Shown here piece by piece: positions 1-7,584 of a stretch of DNA of 64,000 nt (positions are counted from its first letter, which is position 1; each line of letters starts with the position of its first letter). The notes under the pieces were generated by a model. The model was not told where the DNA came from. It saw only the letters and a list, made by a program, of their open reading frames with translations, and searched no databases. A program made the position numbers and the translations under genes. The stretch is taken from the sequence record PX418213.1; one strand, given 5' to 3'. The DNA is from a phage.

Positions 1-202
1 GAGTCATATTTAAAGTCTAGATTATTTAGAAAATCTTCAATATCTTTTTCTGTATAACCTACGGGCAATACCCAAACTTCTTTGTCTCCATAATAACCGA
101 ATTCTATCTTAATACACTTAACTTCAGAATTAGTATTCTTTAGGGCAAGTAACAACTCTTCTTTAGCATTAATCATAGCATATTTCTCGTGCTAGTTTAA
201 TT

Positions 203-278
203 TGGTACACCCACTAGGACTTGAACCTAGAACCCTCCGCTTAAGAGGCGGTAGCTCTAACCATTGAGCTATGGATGT
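203..278 (-). tRNA. tRNA-Lys (anticodon CTT)
   Basis: Reverse-complemented T-arm on + strand (ctaggacttgaacctag); 7-bp acceptor stem acatcca/tgggtgt with one G-U; D-stem gctc/gagc; anticodon loop CTCTTAA; CCA encoded. Confidence 0.7.
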
Positions 279-455
279 ATTAAATTACTTTTTCCAGTTC
301 ATCAGCTATGGCTTTGATTTTTTCAAAGTTTACATCACTTATAATGATACCTTCCAGTGACAGAGATATTCTAGCATTTTTCATAGCAGATTCTTTTATC
401 TGCTCTATCTCTTCTGGAGTAAACTCCCTACGTTCCATAGCTAACCTACCTTATT

Positions 456-532
456 TGGCGCGACCGATGGGATTCGAACCCACATTCCCTCCCGTGACAG
501 GGGAGTACCATTACCAAGCCAGCCCCGGTCGC
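456..532 (-). tRNA. tRNA-Asp (anticodon GTC)
   Basis: T-loop motif ggattcgaacc on + strand; perfect 7-bp acceptor stem gcgaccg/cggtcgc; anticodon stem ctccc/gggag with loop CTGTCAC; CCA encoded. Confidence 0.75.
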
Positions 533-541
533 ATAATTCAT

Positions 542-727
542 TTACTCAGCTTTGAGTTTTTCAATAGCTGCATTAAGTTCCTTAAGAAACTCTTTTCGTA
601 CATTAAGACGATTAAGACTTACTAGTATATCATGTTTAAGTTCTTCGATGTATTTCTTCTCAACTTCAATATTGTTGAGAGTGCTATCACGATGAACCTC
701 TAGCTGCGCAATTACATTCTTGGACAT
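542..727 (-). CDS. hypothetical small protein (61 aa)
   Basis: ORF between tRNA genes; GAGGAAA Shine-Dalgarno-like motif upstream of the ATG on the minus strand. Confidence 0.4.
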   Translation of the reverse strand: MSKNVIAQLEVHRDSTLNNIEVEKKYIEELKHDILVSLNRLNVRKEFLKELNAAIEKLKAE

Positions 728-829
728 GCTTGTTTCCTCAGTTATTAATGAAAATGGTATCTGTGGCTGAATTCGATGTCAGCAATGATAGCTGGTTGGC
801 TACCGGTTTACTTAACTCTACACAGAATT

Positions 830-912
830 TGGCGGGCCGTGTAGGATTCGAACCTACGTTGTCTTTCGACATGGATTAACAGTCCACCGCCAAACCGCTT
901 GGCTAACGACCC
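830..912 (-). tRNA. tRNA with Asn-type anticodon arm (GTT) and a 13-nt extra arm
   Basis: T-arm gtagg-ttcgaat-cctac; acceptor gggtcgt/acggccc with one G-U; anticodon arm gtgga-CTGTTAA-tccat resembles enterobacterial tRNA-Asn; extra arm gtc-gaaa-gac gives 83 nt. Isotype uncertain. Confidence 0.5.
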
Positions 913-1064
913 TAAATTTATATTGCTGACTAGGATTTTCACCTAGACGGAGTTAGCACCGTAGCGTGTAGCGGCATACCTCTCCAAACCGTGCCTCATC
1001 TTTCAATTACGGAGACAGTGTTCCTACGCGTGCCTGAATTGATTTAACAATTCTTTCAGCAAAT

Positions 1065-1140
1065 TGGACGACCGCATGAGATTTGAACTCACATAAAAAG
1101 GATTTGCAATCCTTCGCCTAAGCCATTCAGCCAACGGTCG
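1065..1140 (-). tRNA. tRNA-Cys (anticodon GCA)
   Basis: T-loop revcomp gagatttgaactc on + strand; acceptor cgaccgt/gcggtcg with one G-U; anticodon arm aagga-TTGCAAA-tcctt; CCA encoded. Confidence 0.7.
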
Positions 1141-1188
1141 ATTTATCTTGTTCTGTCATGTTGCTTCTCCAGTTCAATTTATGTAATT

Positions 1189-1217
1189 ATTATACAGAAC
1201 TTTTGGAAACTAAGCAA
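1189..1217 (-). promoter_or_regulatory. sigma70-like promoter (minus strand): -35 TTGCTT, 17-bp spacer, -10 TATAAT
   Basis: On + strand: attata at about 1189-1194 and aagcaa at about 1212-1217; A/T-rich upstream; drives tRNA-Cys. Confidence 0.5.
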
Positions 1218-1497
1218 CTACATTTTTTAAGAATTTGATGCCTTTCTTTTTCTTCTTATATTTCCACGTTAATGGATTCTGTCGATTATGAACGCTTGAG
1301 ATCTTCGTCTCGTCAAAGTTCTTCAATATCATGTAATCACAAGATAATTGTTCTAGTGGAATGTGATCACCGTCAAAAGCGTATACATAGGGCTGTTGAC
1401 TAGCACGATAATGATAGACTTTGTTAATTCTACGTTTCAGCGACTTATCCGCGCAGTAAATAAAGAAGTTTTCAGGATGCATCAGCAGCTCCTTCAA
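1210..1497 (-). CDS. hypothetical protein (95 aa)
   Basis: ORF track; co-oriented with the early block; no recognisable motif. Confidence 0.45.
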   Translation of the reverse strand: MKELLMHPENFFIYCADKSLKRRINKVYHYRASQQPYVYAFDGDHIPLEQLSCDYMILKNFDETKISSVHNRQNPLTWKYKKKKKGIKFLKNVVA

Positions 1498-1499
1498 TT

Positions 1500-1574
1500 T
1501 GGTGCACCCTGTTCGTATCGAACGAACCTCTCAAGCTCTTCAGGCAAGCGCTAATCCATCTCAGCTAAAGGTGC
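1500..1574 (-). tRNA. tRNA-Phe-like (anticodon GAA), non-canonical anticodon stem
   Basis: Acceptor gcacctt/agggtgc; T-arm gttcg-ttcgata-cgaac; D-stem gctg/tagc; anticodon loop CTGAAGA but the stem carries two U-U mismatches. Could be a degenerate tRNA. Confidence 0.45.
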
Positions 1575-1580
1575 AAATTT

Positions 1581-1657
1581 TGGCAAACCTACTAGGACTC
1601 GAACCTAGACCGTACGGTTTTGGAGACCGACATGCTGTCCAGTAACACTCTAGGAAT
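1581..1657 (-). tRNA. tRNA-Trp-like (anticodon CCA)
   Basis: Anticodon arm tcggt-CTCCAAA-accgt and T-arm ctagg-ttcgagt-cctag closely resemble E. coli tRNA-Trp; acceptor stem pairs only 5 of 7 (two U-U), so the 5' boundary is uncertain. Confidence 0.5.
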
Positions 1658-1665
1658 GCAGGAAT

Positions 1666-1742
1666 TGGCGTCCTGTGCGGGGGTCGAACCCGCAAATCCT
1701 ACCTTGAAAGGGTAGTGACTTTACCAGTTTGTCTAACAGGAC
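1666..1742 (-). tRNA. tRNA-Glu (anticodon TTC)
   Basis: Perfect acceptor gtcctgt/acaggac; T-arm gcggg-ttcgacc-cccgc; anticodon arm ctacc-CTTTCAA-ggtag; CCA encoded. Confidence 0.7.
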
Positions 1743-1748
1743 TTAAAT

Positions 1749-1836
1749 TGGTGGGGAAAGATGGAGTCGAACCACCCGAGTCGCAATGACAACTGATTTA
1801 CAGTCAGCTCTGCTACCACTTACAGAATATTTCCCC
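1749..1836 (-). tRNA. tRNA-Tyr (anticodon GTA), class II with long variable arm
   Basis: Perfect acceptor ggggaaa/tttcccc; anticodon arm gctga-CTGTAAA-tcagt; long extra arm; T-arm ggtgg-ttcgact-ccatc; 88 nt with CCA. Confidence 0.7.
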
Positions 1837-1902
1837 ATATTTAGAAGTATTCAAAAAATTCTAATTTAAACACTTTTAAATATGTTTCCAAATTAGGTAA
1901 CT

Positions 1903-1931
1903 ATTATACCAAGTTTTAAGGCACTGAGCAA
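1903..1931 (-). promoter_or_regulatory. sigma70-like promoter (minus strand): -35 TTGCTC, 17 bp, -10 TATAAT
   Basis: Same architecture; immediately upstream of the tRNA-Tyr/Glu/Trp/Phe run. Confidence 0.5.
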
Positions 1932-1967
1932 GTCAAATTTTAAAGAACTTGCTCAGTGCTGTATTGG

Positions 1968-2243
1968 TTAGTCGAACTTAGGAGTGACAGTTAAGGAGAA
2001 TGGAAGTTCGAAAACTTCTTCACCCTCATTACTAACAGTAATTACACGACCTTTAAGTTCAGACATTGAAATATCAATATCAGCTTTTGCATCCGGAGCC
2101 ATGCCAGCTTCAACACATTTAGCTTTAATTTCCGGCAGAAGTTCTACATCATAGAAATAAAGCCATTCAATCTCACCTTCCCAGCCTTCCCAGGATTTAC
2201 AGATTGCACTTTCAATACCAGCTGCTATAACACGATTTTGCAT
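1968..2243 (-). CDS. hypothetical protein (91 aa)
   Basis: ORF track; promoter-like motif just upstream on the minus strand (about 2274-2304). Confidence 0.5.
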   Translation of the reverse strand: MQNRVIAAGIESAICKSWEGWEGEIEWLYFYDVELLPEIKAKCVEAGMAPDAKADIDISMSELKGRVITVSNEGEEVFELPFSLTVTPKFD

Positions 2244-2333
2244 TCATTAACTCCTTCATCAATTTATATAACTATTATATCAGAAATTTAAAGCAAAAGG
2301 CAAGTACATTTTTAAAAATTCTGTTTGGAGGAG

Positions 2334-2540
2334 CTAAACTCCAGATTCTTCAGCCAAGTCTAGGCTAATAAGAGATATAGCCATAATTGCCGCTCCATGT
2401 TCTTTTTCTCCAGTCTCTTTAGCTAGAGTTATAATGTCAAGAAATTGCTTATGAAAATCTGCAACCTCTTGAGTTATACCTGCCTCAGCAATCATGCCTT
2501 TAAGCATAAAACGTTGTGCAGTAATTTCAGGATTAGCCAT
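2334..2540 (-). CDS. hypothetical protein (68 aa)
   Basis: ORF track; co-oriented with the early block. Confidence 0.4.
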   Translation of the reverse strand: MANPEITAQRFMLKGMIAEAGITQEVADFHKQFLDIITLAKETGEKEHGAAIMAISLISLDLAEESGV

Positions 2541-2715
2541 GTTGTTTCTCCAGTTTCATCTTTAATAGTCTACAAATAAAATCAATGTCTTCATCCGTGC
2601 CTAGATCTCTGTCTTCAAGAGTTGCCTTGAAGTTTTTAGTCAATTCCATGAGGATAACTTCCCTAGAACGACGTGTTGGCGGAGGTGGATGTCTATACAT
2701 CTTATTTCCTTAATT

Positions 2716-2792
2716 TGGTAGGGGTGGTGGGATTCGAACCCACAAAACCTGAATTTTAAGTCCAGTACCTATGCCAATTCGATTACACCCCC
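2716..2792 (-). tRNA. tRNA with anticodon TAA (Leu-type reading) but short variable arm
   Basis: Acceptor gggggtg/cacccct; T-arm gtggg-ttcgaat-cccac; anticodon arm ctgga-CTTAAAA-ttcag; variable region only about 5 nt. Isotype uncertain. Confidence 0.5.
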
Positions 2793-2893
2793 ATGTAATC
2801 AGTTTATTAGTTGATACATATTATAGCCTAGTGAAAATCCTACTACTAGTCCCACAAACCAACCAATATAATAATCTTTTAGTTTCACAGGTA

Positions 2894-3079
2894 TTATCCT
2901 CTTTCAATATCTAGAGAAATACCACAGTTAGGATTAATACCTGTACCCTTGCAATTTGGGCAAATCCATATATTGCAAAAAGTATCTCCTGCTTCTGCAT
3001 CAGAACTTTCACCAATTCCCCTACACTCAGGGCAGGCGCATTCTTCTAGCTCTTGCTTGAGTTCTTGAAACTTGGACAT
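2894..3079 (-). CDS. small zinc-finger protein with two CxxCxGxG motifs (DnaJ-type)
   Basis: Translation contains CPECRGIG and CPNCKGTG. Confidence 0.45.
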   Translation of the reverse strand: MSKFQELKQELEECACPECRGIGESSDAEAGDTFCNIWICPNCKGTGINPNCGISLDIERG

Positions 3080-3088
3080 ATAGTCTCC

Positions 3089-3277
3089 TTAGTTAATTAC
3101 TTTTGAGGCTTCTAAAGCATTAACGTAGTAAACATCTTCTACATTATACATATAGTCTACTACTTTGTCCATAGCATGGAGTTCGGATGTAGCCTTTACT
3201 AGTCTGTACCCTTGTTTAAACTCGTCCGAACGTTCTCTATCTTGTGCAAATTTAACAGAAACTATGAATAATTCCAT
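3089..3277 (-). CDS. hypothetical protein (62 aa)
   Basis: ORF track only. Confidence 0.35.
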   Translation of the reverse strand: MELFIVSVKFAQDRERSDEFKQGYRLVKATSELHAMDKVVDYMYNVEDVYYVNALEASKVIN

Positions 3278-3296
3278 TAATTGTCCTTATTTAATT

Positions 3297-3374
3297 TGGT
3301 GGCTCCCCGAGGATTCGAACCTACGTACCTTCCGGTTATGAGCCGGGTGCTCATACCATATGAGCTTGAGAACC
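3297..3374 (-). tRNA. tRNA-Met/Ile-like (anticodon CAT)
   Basis: D-arm gctc-atatggtat-gagc; anticodon arm ccgg-CTCATAA-ccgg resembling Met tRNAs; acceptor ggttctc/gggagcc with two G-U; T-stem has only 3 clean pairs. Confidence 0.5.
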
Positions 3375-3380
3375 AAAATC

Positions 3381-3469
3381 TGGCGGAAGAAGTGGGAATC
3401 GAACCCACAAGGCTATATTTCAAACCGACAGATTAGCAATCTGCTGCAATACCGTTATGCTATTCTTCC
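3381..3469 (-). tRNA. tRNA-Ser (anticodon GCT), class II
   Basis: Perfect acceptor ggaagaa/ttcttcc; anticodon arm gcaga-TTGCTAA-tctgt; long extra arm; T-arm gtggg-ttcgatt-cccac; 89 nt with CCA. Confidence 0.7.
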
Positions 3470-3484
3470 GAATTTATAAGATAT

Positions 3485-3514
3485 ATTATATTAGAAATTT
3501 AGCTTCATAGCAAG
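3485..3514 (-). promoter_or_regulatory. sigma70-like promoter (minus strand)
   Basis: attata/agcaag pair with 18-bp spacer; upstream of tRNA-Ser and tRNA-Met-like. Confidence 0.45.
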
Positions 3515-4009
3515 AAAATTTTTCAAGTTTTCGGTAGACATCTCATCCATATCTACGGGAGAAACAAAGCCGTTTAATTTTCTAGCAAATTTTTCACCTG
3601 CAGGGTCATTATCCCCAACAGCTACCAATTTAAAAGGTAGTAATTTCAGTTGCTTTAATAATGCTTTTCCTGGAGAAGAACCCAACATTGCCAGGGCTGG
3701 ATAACCAGCGTTATGTAGCGCCACTGCCTTAAATACAGACTCAGCAATCAATACTACTTTTTCATCTCCATTGAGAGTTTCTAGTCCCCATACACACTGG
3801 GTAGTAGAATAAGTAAAATATTTAGCTTCAAAGGGGCACTTACCATGACCTTTTGGAGCAGAAGGATTATAAGTTTGATAGCCCCTCAACATCCCAGAGA
3901 AGTCATACAACGGGACTGTTAGCCATCCTTCCGGACTTAACCAGCAATGATATTTATCTGTATCAAATCCTCTAGATAAGAGGTGCTGTGTTAGCTCATC
4001 AACATTCAT
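3491..4009 (-). CDS. Toprim-domain protein
   Basis: Translation has the conserved Glu (LIAESV) and a DxD-type motif (VAVGDNDPAGEKFARKL). Start moved to the internal ATG at 4009 (MNVDEL) because the promoter -10 lies at about 4040-4045 and an AGAGGAA SD precedes it. Confidence 0.5.
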   Translation of the reverse strand: MNVDELTQHLLSRGFDTDKYHCWLSPEGWLTVPLYDFSGMLRGYQTYNPSAPKGHGKCPFEAKYFTYSTTQCVWGLETLNGDEKVVLIAESVFKAVALHNAGYPALAMLGSSPGKALLKQLKLLPFKLVAVGDNDPAGEKFARKLNGFVSPVDMDEMSTENLKNFLAMKLNF

Positions 4010-4039
4010 ATTTGGTTCCTCTCTCAAATTTATAGATAT

Positions 4040-4068
4040 ATTATACTGAGAATTTAGCATTCAAGCAA
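4040..4068 (-). promoter_or_regulatory. sigma70-like promoter (minus strand)
   Basis: attata/aagcaa with 17-bp spacer; upstream of the Toprim gene. Confidence 0.45.
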
Positions 4069-4184
4069 TCAAATTTTTTAACTTTTTAGAGGAAAATCAT
4101 AGGGCACTTAAGGGTAGCAGATAAGTGGTGAGGACCAAAATTTGTGACCCCACTAAAAATTCAGGGGCAATTTTTAAAGACCCC

Positions 4185-4213
4185 TTGACATTTTCGCTGG
4201 GGTAGTGTAAAGT
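4185..4213 (+). promoter_or_regulatory. sigma70-like promoter (plus strand): -35 TTGACA, about 17 bp, -10 TAAAGT
   Basis: ccTTGACAttttcgctggggtagtgTAAAGTat upstream of the counter-oriented cassette. Confidence 0.45.
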
Positions 4214-4274
4214 ATATGTTATGGATGAGTGATCAAAGAGACACACATTTTCTATATACTAGGAGGTGTCAAAA

Positions 4275-5261
4275 ATGACAGAAGAAGTAGCTAAGAGTCC
4301 TGAGACCGTCGCTAGCGTTGCAGCAGAACTGCACCGTCACGAGGAATCAGATAAGAAAAAGTGGGAGAAGGTCAGAGCCTACGAAGAAAAACATCGTGAA
4401 CACGATGATGAAGAAGATGACGATGATGAACATTGTCATAAATATGGAAAACATAAAATGCAAGAACCAGTAAACGTATTTACTAGTGGCTTCCCTGGCC
4501 TACTGGGTGGTTACCCAGCAAACGCAGGTGCTTTCGGTGGTGAAGGTATGGGACTATTCGGAGCTATCCTAATCGGTGCTCTATTAACAGGCGGATTCGG
4601 TGGATTCGGTGGATTCGGTGGACGTGGTATAGTTGGTGAAGGTACCGCAGTTGATGCAGTACTTCAGAACCAAGATACCGCTAGTATTCTAGCAGCTATT
4701 AACACTACTCGTACAGAAGCTAATCAGGGTACTGGGGCTGTTTTAAGCGCAGTTAACAATGGTTTTAGCCAGACATCCCAAAACCAGAGCCGTGATACTC
4801 AGTCTGTACTAACTACGATCTATGGTACAGGTGCTAATCTGTCTAATCAGATCTGCCAGGAAACTCGCAATGTTATTCAGGGTCAGTTCGATCTTTCTCG
4901 CCAGATTGATCAATCTTTCGCAGCTAATCAGATAGCTCGTGCACAAGATAAGTTTGATTCTGCACAGATCGCTTTCCAGCAGACTTTACAAACTAATAAC
5001 CAGTTTGCCGCTGTTCAGGCTCAGATGTGTGCTAACCAGAACTCTCTGGAACGTCAGATCGCTGAATGTTGCTGTGAACTTCAGACTGCGATCGCTGGTG
5101 TAACTACTGCGCGTATCCAGGATGAGTTAGACGCATGTCGCCTACGTGAAGCAATCGCTGCGGGTAGCGGTGCTAACGGTCAGGTAATTAATCAAATCGC
5201 TTTAAGTCTTGGTGCTATCACTCAGACTCTGGCTGGTCTGCAGGCTAAACTGCCGGCTTAA
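4275..5261 (+). CDS. hypothetical protein: acidic His-rich N-terminus, glycine-zipper hydrophobic segment, Gln/Asn/Thr-rich C-terminus
   Basis: AGGAGG SD at 4261-4266 then ATG 4275 (the track start at 4266 is GTG); GLFGAILIGALLTGGFGGFGGFGG segment; E. coli-like codon choice; plus-strand gene inside the minus-strand block. Confidence 0.55.
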   Translation: MTEEVAKSPETVASVAAELHRHEESDKKKWEKVRAYEEKHREHDDEEDDDDEHCHKYGKHKMQEPVNVFTSGFPGLLGGYPANAGAFGGEGMGLFGAILIGALLTGGFGGFGGFGGRGIVGEGTAVDAVLQNQDTASILAAINTTRTEANQGTGAVLSAVNNGFSQTSQNQSRDTQSVLTTIYGTGANLSNQICQETRNVIQGQFDLSRQIDQSFAANQIARAQDKFDSAQIAFQQTLQTNNQFAAVQAQMCANQNSLERQIAECCCELQTAIAGVTTARIQDELDACRLREAIAAGSGANGQVINQIALSLGAITQTLAGLQAKLPA

Positions 5262-5282
5262 TATTAAGGGGAGGAGCCCATT

Positions 5283-5699
5283 ATGAGTAAATATGGTTTT
5301 GTAAATAACGGACTTAATCAAAGTATGGGCTCCCAGCAGCCCGTTCCGGGTCTGGATAACCCCTACTTACAACAGTTGCAACAGCGTTTAGCAGAAGCGC
5401 AACAGATGCAGCAACAACTCCAGCAAAACCCTGGAAGTGTAAGTCCTATGCAAATGATGCAGCAAATGAGCGGGCAGTCGCAAATGTCTCAACAAATGCA
5501 GCAACAGATGCCGCAGCAGCAAGTTCAACAACAAACCCAACAACCGCAGGTTTCTGCGGAAGGACAGGCAGTACTAGCCCTTTTCGAAGACTTCGCAAAG
5601 ACAGAGGATGGGAAACAGCTTGTATCACTTATGGGTAAGTTTAATAGCTTCTGCCAAAGCCAAGTTGCAAAAGCTCAAAATGGTGGTAATAACTCCTAA
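5283..5699 (+). CDS. hypothetical Gln-rich protein (138 aa)
   Basis: GGGGAGGAG SD upstream of ATG; highly Gln-rich low-complexity translation; co-transcribed with the 4275 gene. Confidence 0.5.
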   Translation: MSKYGFVNNGLNQSMGSQQPVPGLDNPYLQQLQQRLAEAQQMQQQLQQNPGSVSPMQMMQQMSGQSQMSQQMQQQMPQQQVQQQTQQPQVSAEGQAVLALFEDFAKTEDGKQLVSLMGKFNSFCQSQVAKAQNGGNNS

Positions 5700-5708
5700 G
5701 GAGAAATT

Positions 5709-5903
5709 ATGTGTTGCAGAAAATCTGTTTCGTGCTGCCCAATGCCTGTAGCACGTTGTTGCTCTCCAGCAATGTTTACGCAAATACCGGCGTTCAATCC
5801 GTTTGCCTTTAAGCCTACTCTTATCCTGCCCCCTAGAGTGGATTTTCAGTCAAGATTGGCCTCCCGTATGGGTGGTTGCTGTACACCGAGAGTGTGGTTC
5901 TAA
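5709..5903 (+). CDS. hypothetical Cys-rich small protein (64 aa, 9 Cys)
   Basis: AAGGAG SD at about 5697-5702 then ATG 5709; CC pairs in translation; followed by a rho-independent terminator. Confidence 0.4.
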   Translation: MCCRKSVSCCPMPVARCCSPAMFTQIPAFNPFAFKPTLILPPRVDFQSRLASRMGGCCTPRVWF

Positions 5904-5915
5904 ACCAAAAACAAA

Positions 5916-5949
5916 AGCCCCTGCCGAAAGGTAAGGGGCTTTTTCTTTT
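5916..5949 (+). terminator. rho-independent terminator for the rightward cassette
   Basis: Hairpin agcccct/aggggct followed by ttttctttt. Confidence 0.6.
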
Positions 5950-5959
5950 GCCTTAAATA

Positions 5960-5994
5960 CAGAAAAGCCCGCGCTCTCGGAGGAAACGCGGGCT
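5960..5994 (-). terminator. rho-independent terminator (minus strand) after the SPFH gene
   Basis: Hairpin agcccgcg/cgcgggct; on the minus strand it is followed by TTTTCT. Confidence 0.55.
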
Positions 5995-6018
5995 TGGTTC
6001 GAAGATTACGTGTAACTA

Positions 6019-6966
6019 TTACTTGTTACGCATATCCATGATCATTTGACCATCGTAGCCAGTACCTACCACAGTCTGAGGTACACCACCTTGATATTTC
6101 TGAGCACGAATCATCTCAACTTCCAGTTGTTTCCAACGAATCATCTCAGGAGTAATAGTACGTTGCAATGCGGCGTTAGCTTCAGCTTCTTTCTTAGCTG
6201 CGTACAGTTTAGCATCTGCGTCACGTTCATTAGCAATAGCTTGGTTGTTGCGAGCTTCACGATCTGCTTCTGCTTGTTTAACCTTCTGCTGTGCTTCTTG
6301 TTCAACACGAGCCAGTTCAGCTTTTGCAGCATTAACTTGCTCTTCACGAACTTTGGTATTCTGTACCTGCTCCATGATTACCGGTGGCAAAGTAATATCC
6401 TGAAGGAACACCTGCTTAACTGTGTAACCATATGGGCGTGCATACTCTTCAACTTCCTGTTGAATTGCAGTTTGCAATTGAGCCTGAATTTTAGCATCAA
6501 ACAAATCTTGTGCTTTAGGTACAGACTTACCAAACTCACGAATAGTAGACAGTAATTTTTCAGTTACATATTTGTCTAACGCTTGATCCTGAGTACCTGC
6601 ATTAATACGGTTAATCGGTGCCTTAGAACCATCAAACTGCAACATAACAGTCAGGTCAACAGTGGATTTAAACTTATCCTGACTAGGAACCTGAAGTTTA
6701 TCTAATTTTAGAGCAATATCTTTTGTACTAAAAGTATCGAAAGAAGCAAAAGGATTTACAATATGAAAGCCGGGTAATACTGGATTAGGGTCTACTTTAC
6801 CCAGGAAAGTCTGGGTTTTAACAGTACCGTCTTGAACAACAGTATAGGAGTTAAGGGCCAGAACTAAACCTACCAAACCAACTGCAGCACCAATACCCCA
6901 ACGTTTGATATTACGCATCAATTTTTGCTCATAAGTCAGTTCTTTAGTGTTTTTAGTAGCAAACAT
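6019..6966 (-). CDS. SPFH/band-7 (prohibitin/stomatin-like) membrane protein
   Basis: N-terminal hydrophobic segment (IGAAVGLVGLVLAL), SPFH-like core, Ala/Glu/Gln-rich coiled-coil C-terminus; terminator hairpin downstream on the minus strand. Confidence 0.65.
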   Translation of the reverse strand: MFATKNTKELTYEQKLMRNIKRWGIGAAVGLVGLVLALNSYTVVQDGTVKTQTFLGKVDPNPVLPGFHIVNPFASFDTFSTKDIALKLDKLQVPSQDKFKSTVDLTVMLQFDGSKAPINRINAGTQDQALDKYVTEKLLSTIREFGKSVPKAQDLFDAKIQAQLQTAIQQEVEEYARPYGYTVKQVFLQDITLPPVIMEQVQNTKVREEQVNAAKAELARVEQEAQQKVKQAEADREARNNQAIANERDADAKLYAAKKEAEANAALQRTITPEMIRWKQLEVEMIRAQKYQGGVPQTVVGTGYDGQMIMDMRNK

Positions 6967-7000
6967 ATATTTCCTTTGTTTTAGTTACAGTTAATAAAAT

Positions 7001-7075
7001 TGGCCGAGGTGACAGGATTCGAACCTGCATAAAGGAATTTAGAAGACTCCTGCCTCTCCCTTAGACTACACCCCG
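7001..7075 (-). tRNA. tRNA-Arg (anticodon TCT)
   Basis: Acceptor cggggtg/cacctcg with one G-U; T-loop ggattcgaacc motif on +; anticodon arm ggagt-CTTCTAA-attcc; CCA encoded. Confidence 0.7.
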
Positions 7076-7083
7076 AAATTTAG

Positions 7084-7584
7084 TTATTTAATCAGATTAG
7101 CTTGACTTTCCACTGCTTCTGTAGCAGCTTTCTCAGCAATTCTAGCAGCTCGATTTGTCCTAGCTTTAGCAATTATCTTTTTATATTGTTCATCTATTAG
7201 ATCTTCTATCTCGTCATAGAATCTACATTGGTCTAGATAATTTATTGCATCAACATTATAAAGTTTTATATGTAATGCAGAGCTACGACCACCTTTCAAT
7301 GTGCTTTCTAAGATCTGTGGACGATAACGTCTAAGAGTATCTTTTGCCTTTTTAACTTCACCAGTTTCTTCTCCTAATTGGATTAGGTGATAAAGTCGGG
7401 TGTTATCAACGTAGTGCAGTTCAACACTGTGATATTCACCTTCACGAAGATTAAATCCGGTGAGTTTACTCATCTTTTCCTGTGCTTGTTCCAGTGTAAG
7501 CCGCTCCGTAAAATGAACTACGTACAGGATATGAGGACAACACATCTCTTGATGATCAAATATACAAGTAGTTCCTAGATTCAT
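7084..7584 (-). CDS. hypothetical protein (166 aa)
   Basis: ORF track; co-oriented. Confidence 0.5.
   Translation of the reverse strand: MNLGTTCIFDHQEMCCPHILYVVHFTERLTLEQAQEKMSKLTGFNLREGEYHSVELHYVDNTRLYHLIQLGEETGEVKKAKDTLRRYRPQILESTLKGGRSSALHIKLYNVDAINYLDQCRFYDEIEDLIDEQYKKIIAKARTNRAARIAEKAATEAVESQANLIK

Noticed and set aside
280-438. Possible 52-aa minus-strand ORF between tRNA-Lys and tRNA-Asp (MERREFTPEEIEQIKES...)
   Set aside because: Below the size threshold, weak SD (GGTAGG), and it abuts the 5' end of tRNA-Lys; not reported as a feature without expression evidence.
308-625. Plus-strand 105-aa ORF
   Set aside because: It overlaps two minus-strand tRNA genes (203-278, 456-532), has no SD, and its translation is low-complexity; taken as a chance ORF.
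6046-6555. Plus-strand 169-aa ORF (and minus-strand 6141..6347)
   Set aside because: Lies entirely within and antisense (or out of frame) to the well-supported SPFH gene; Leu/Phe/Ser-rich translation typical of antisense artefacts.
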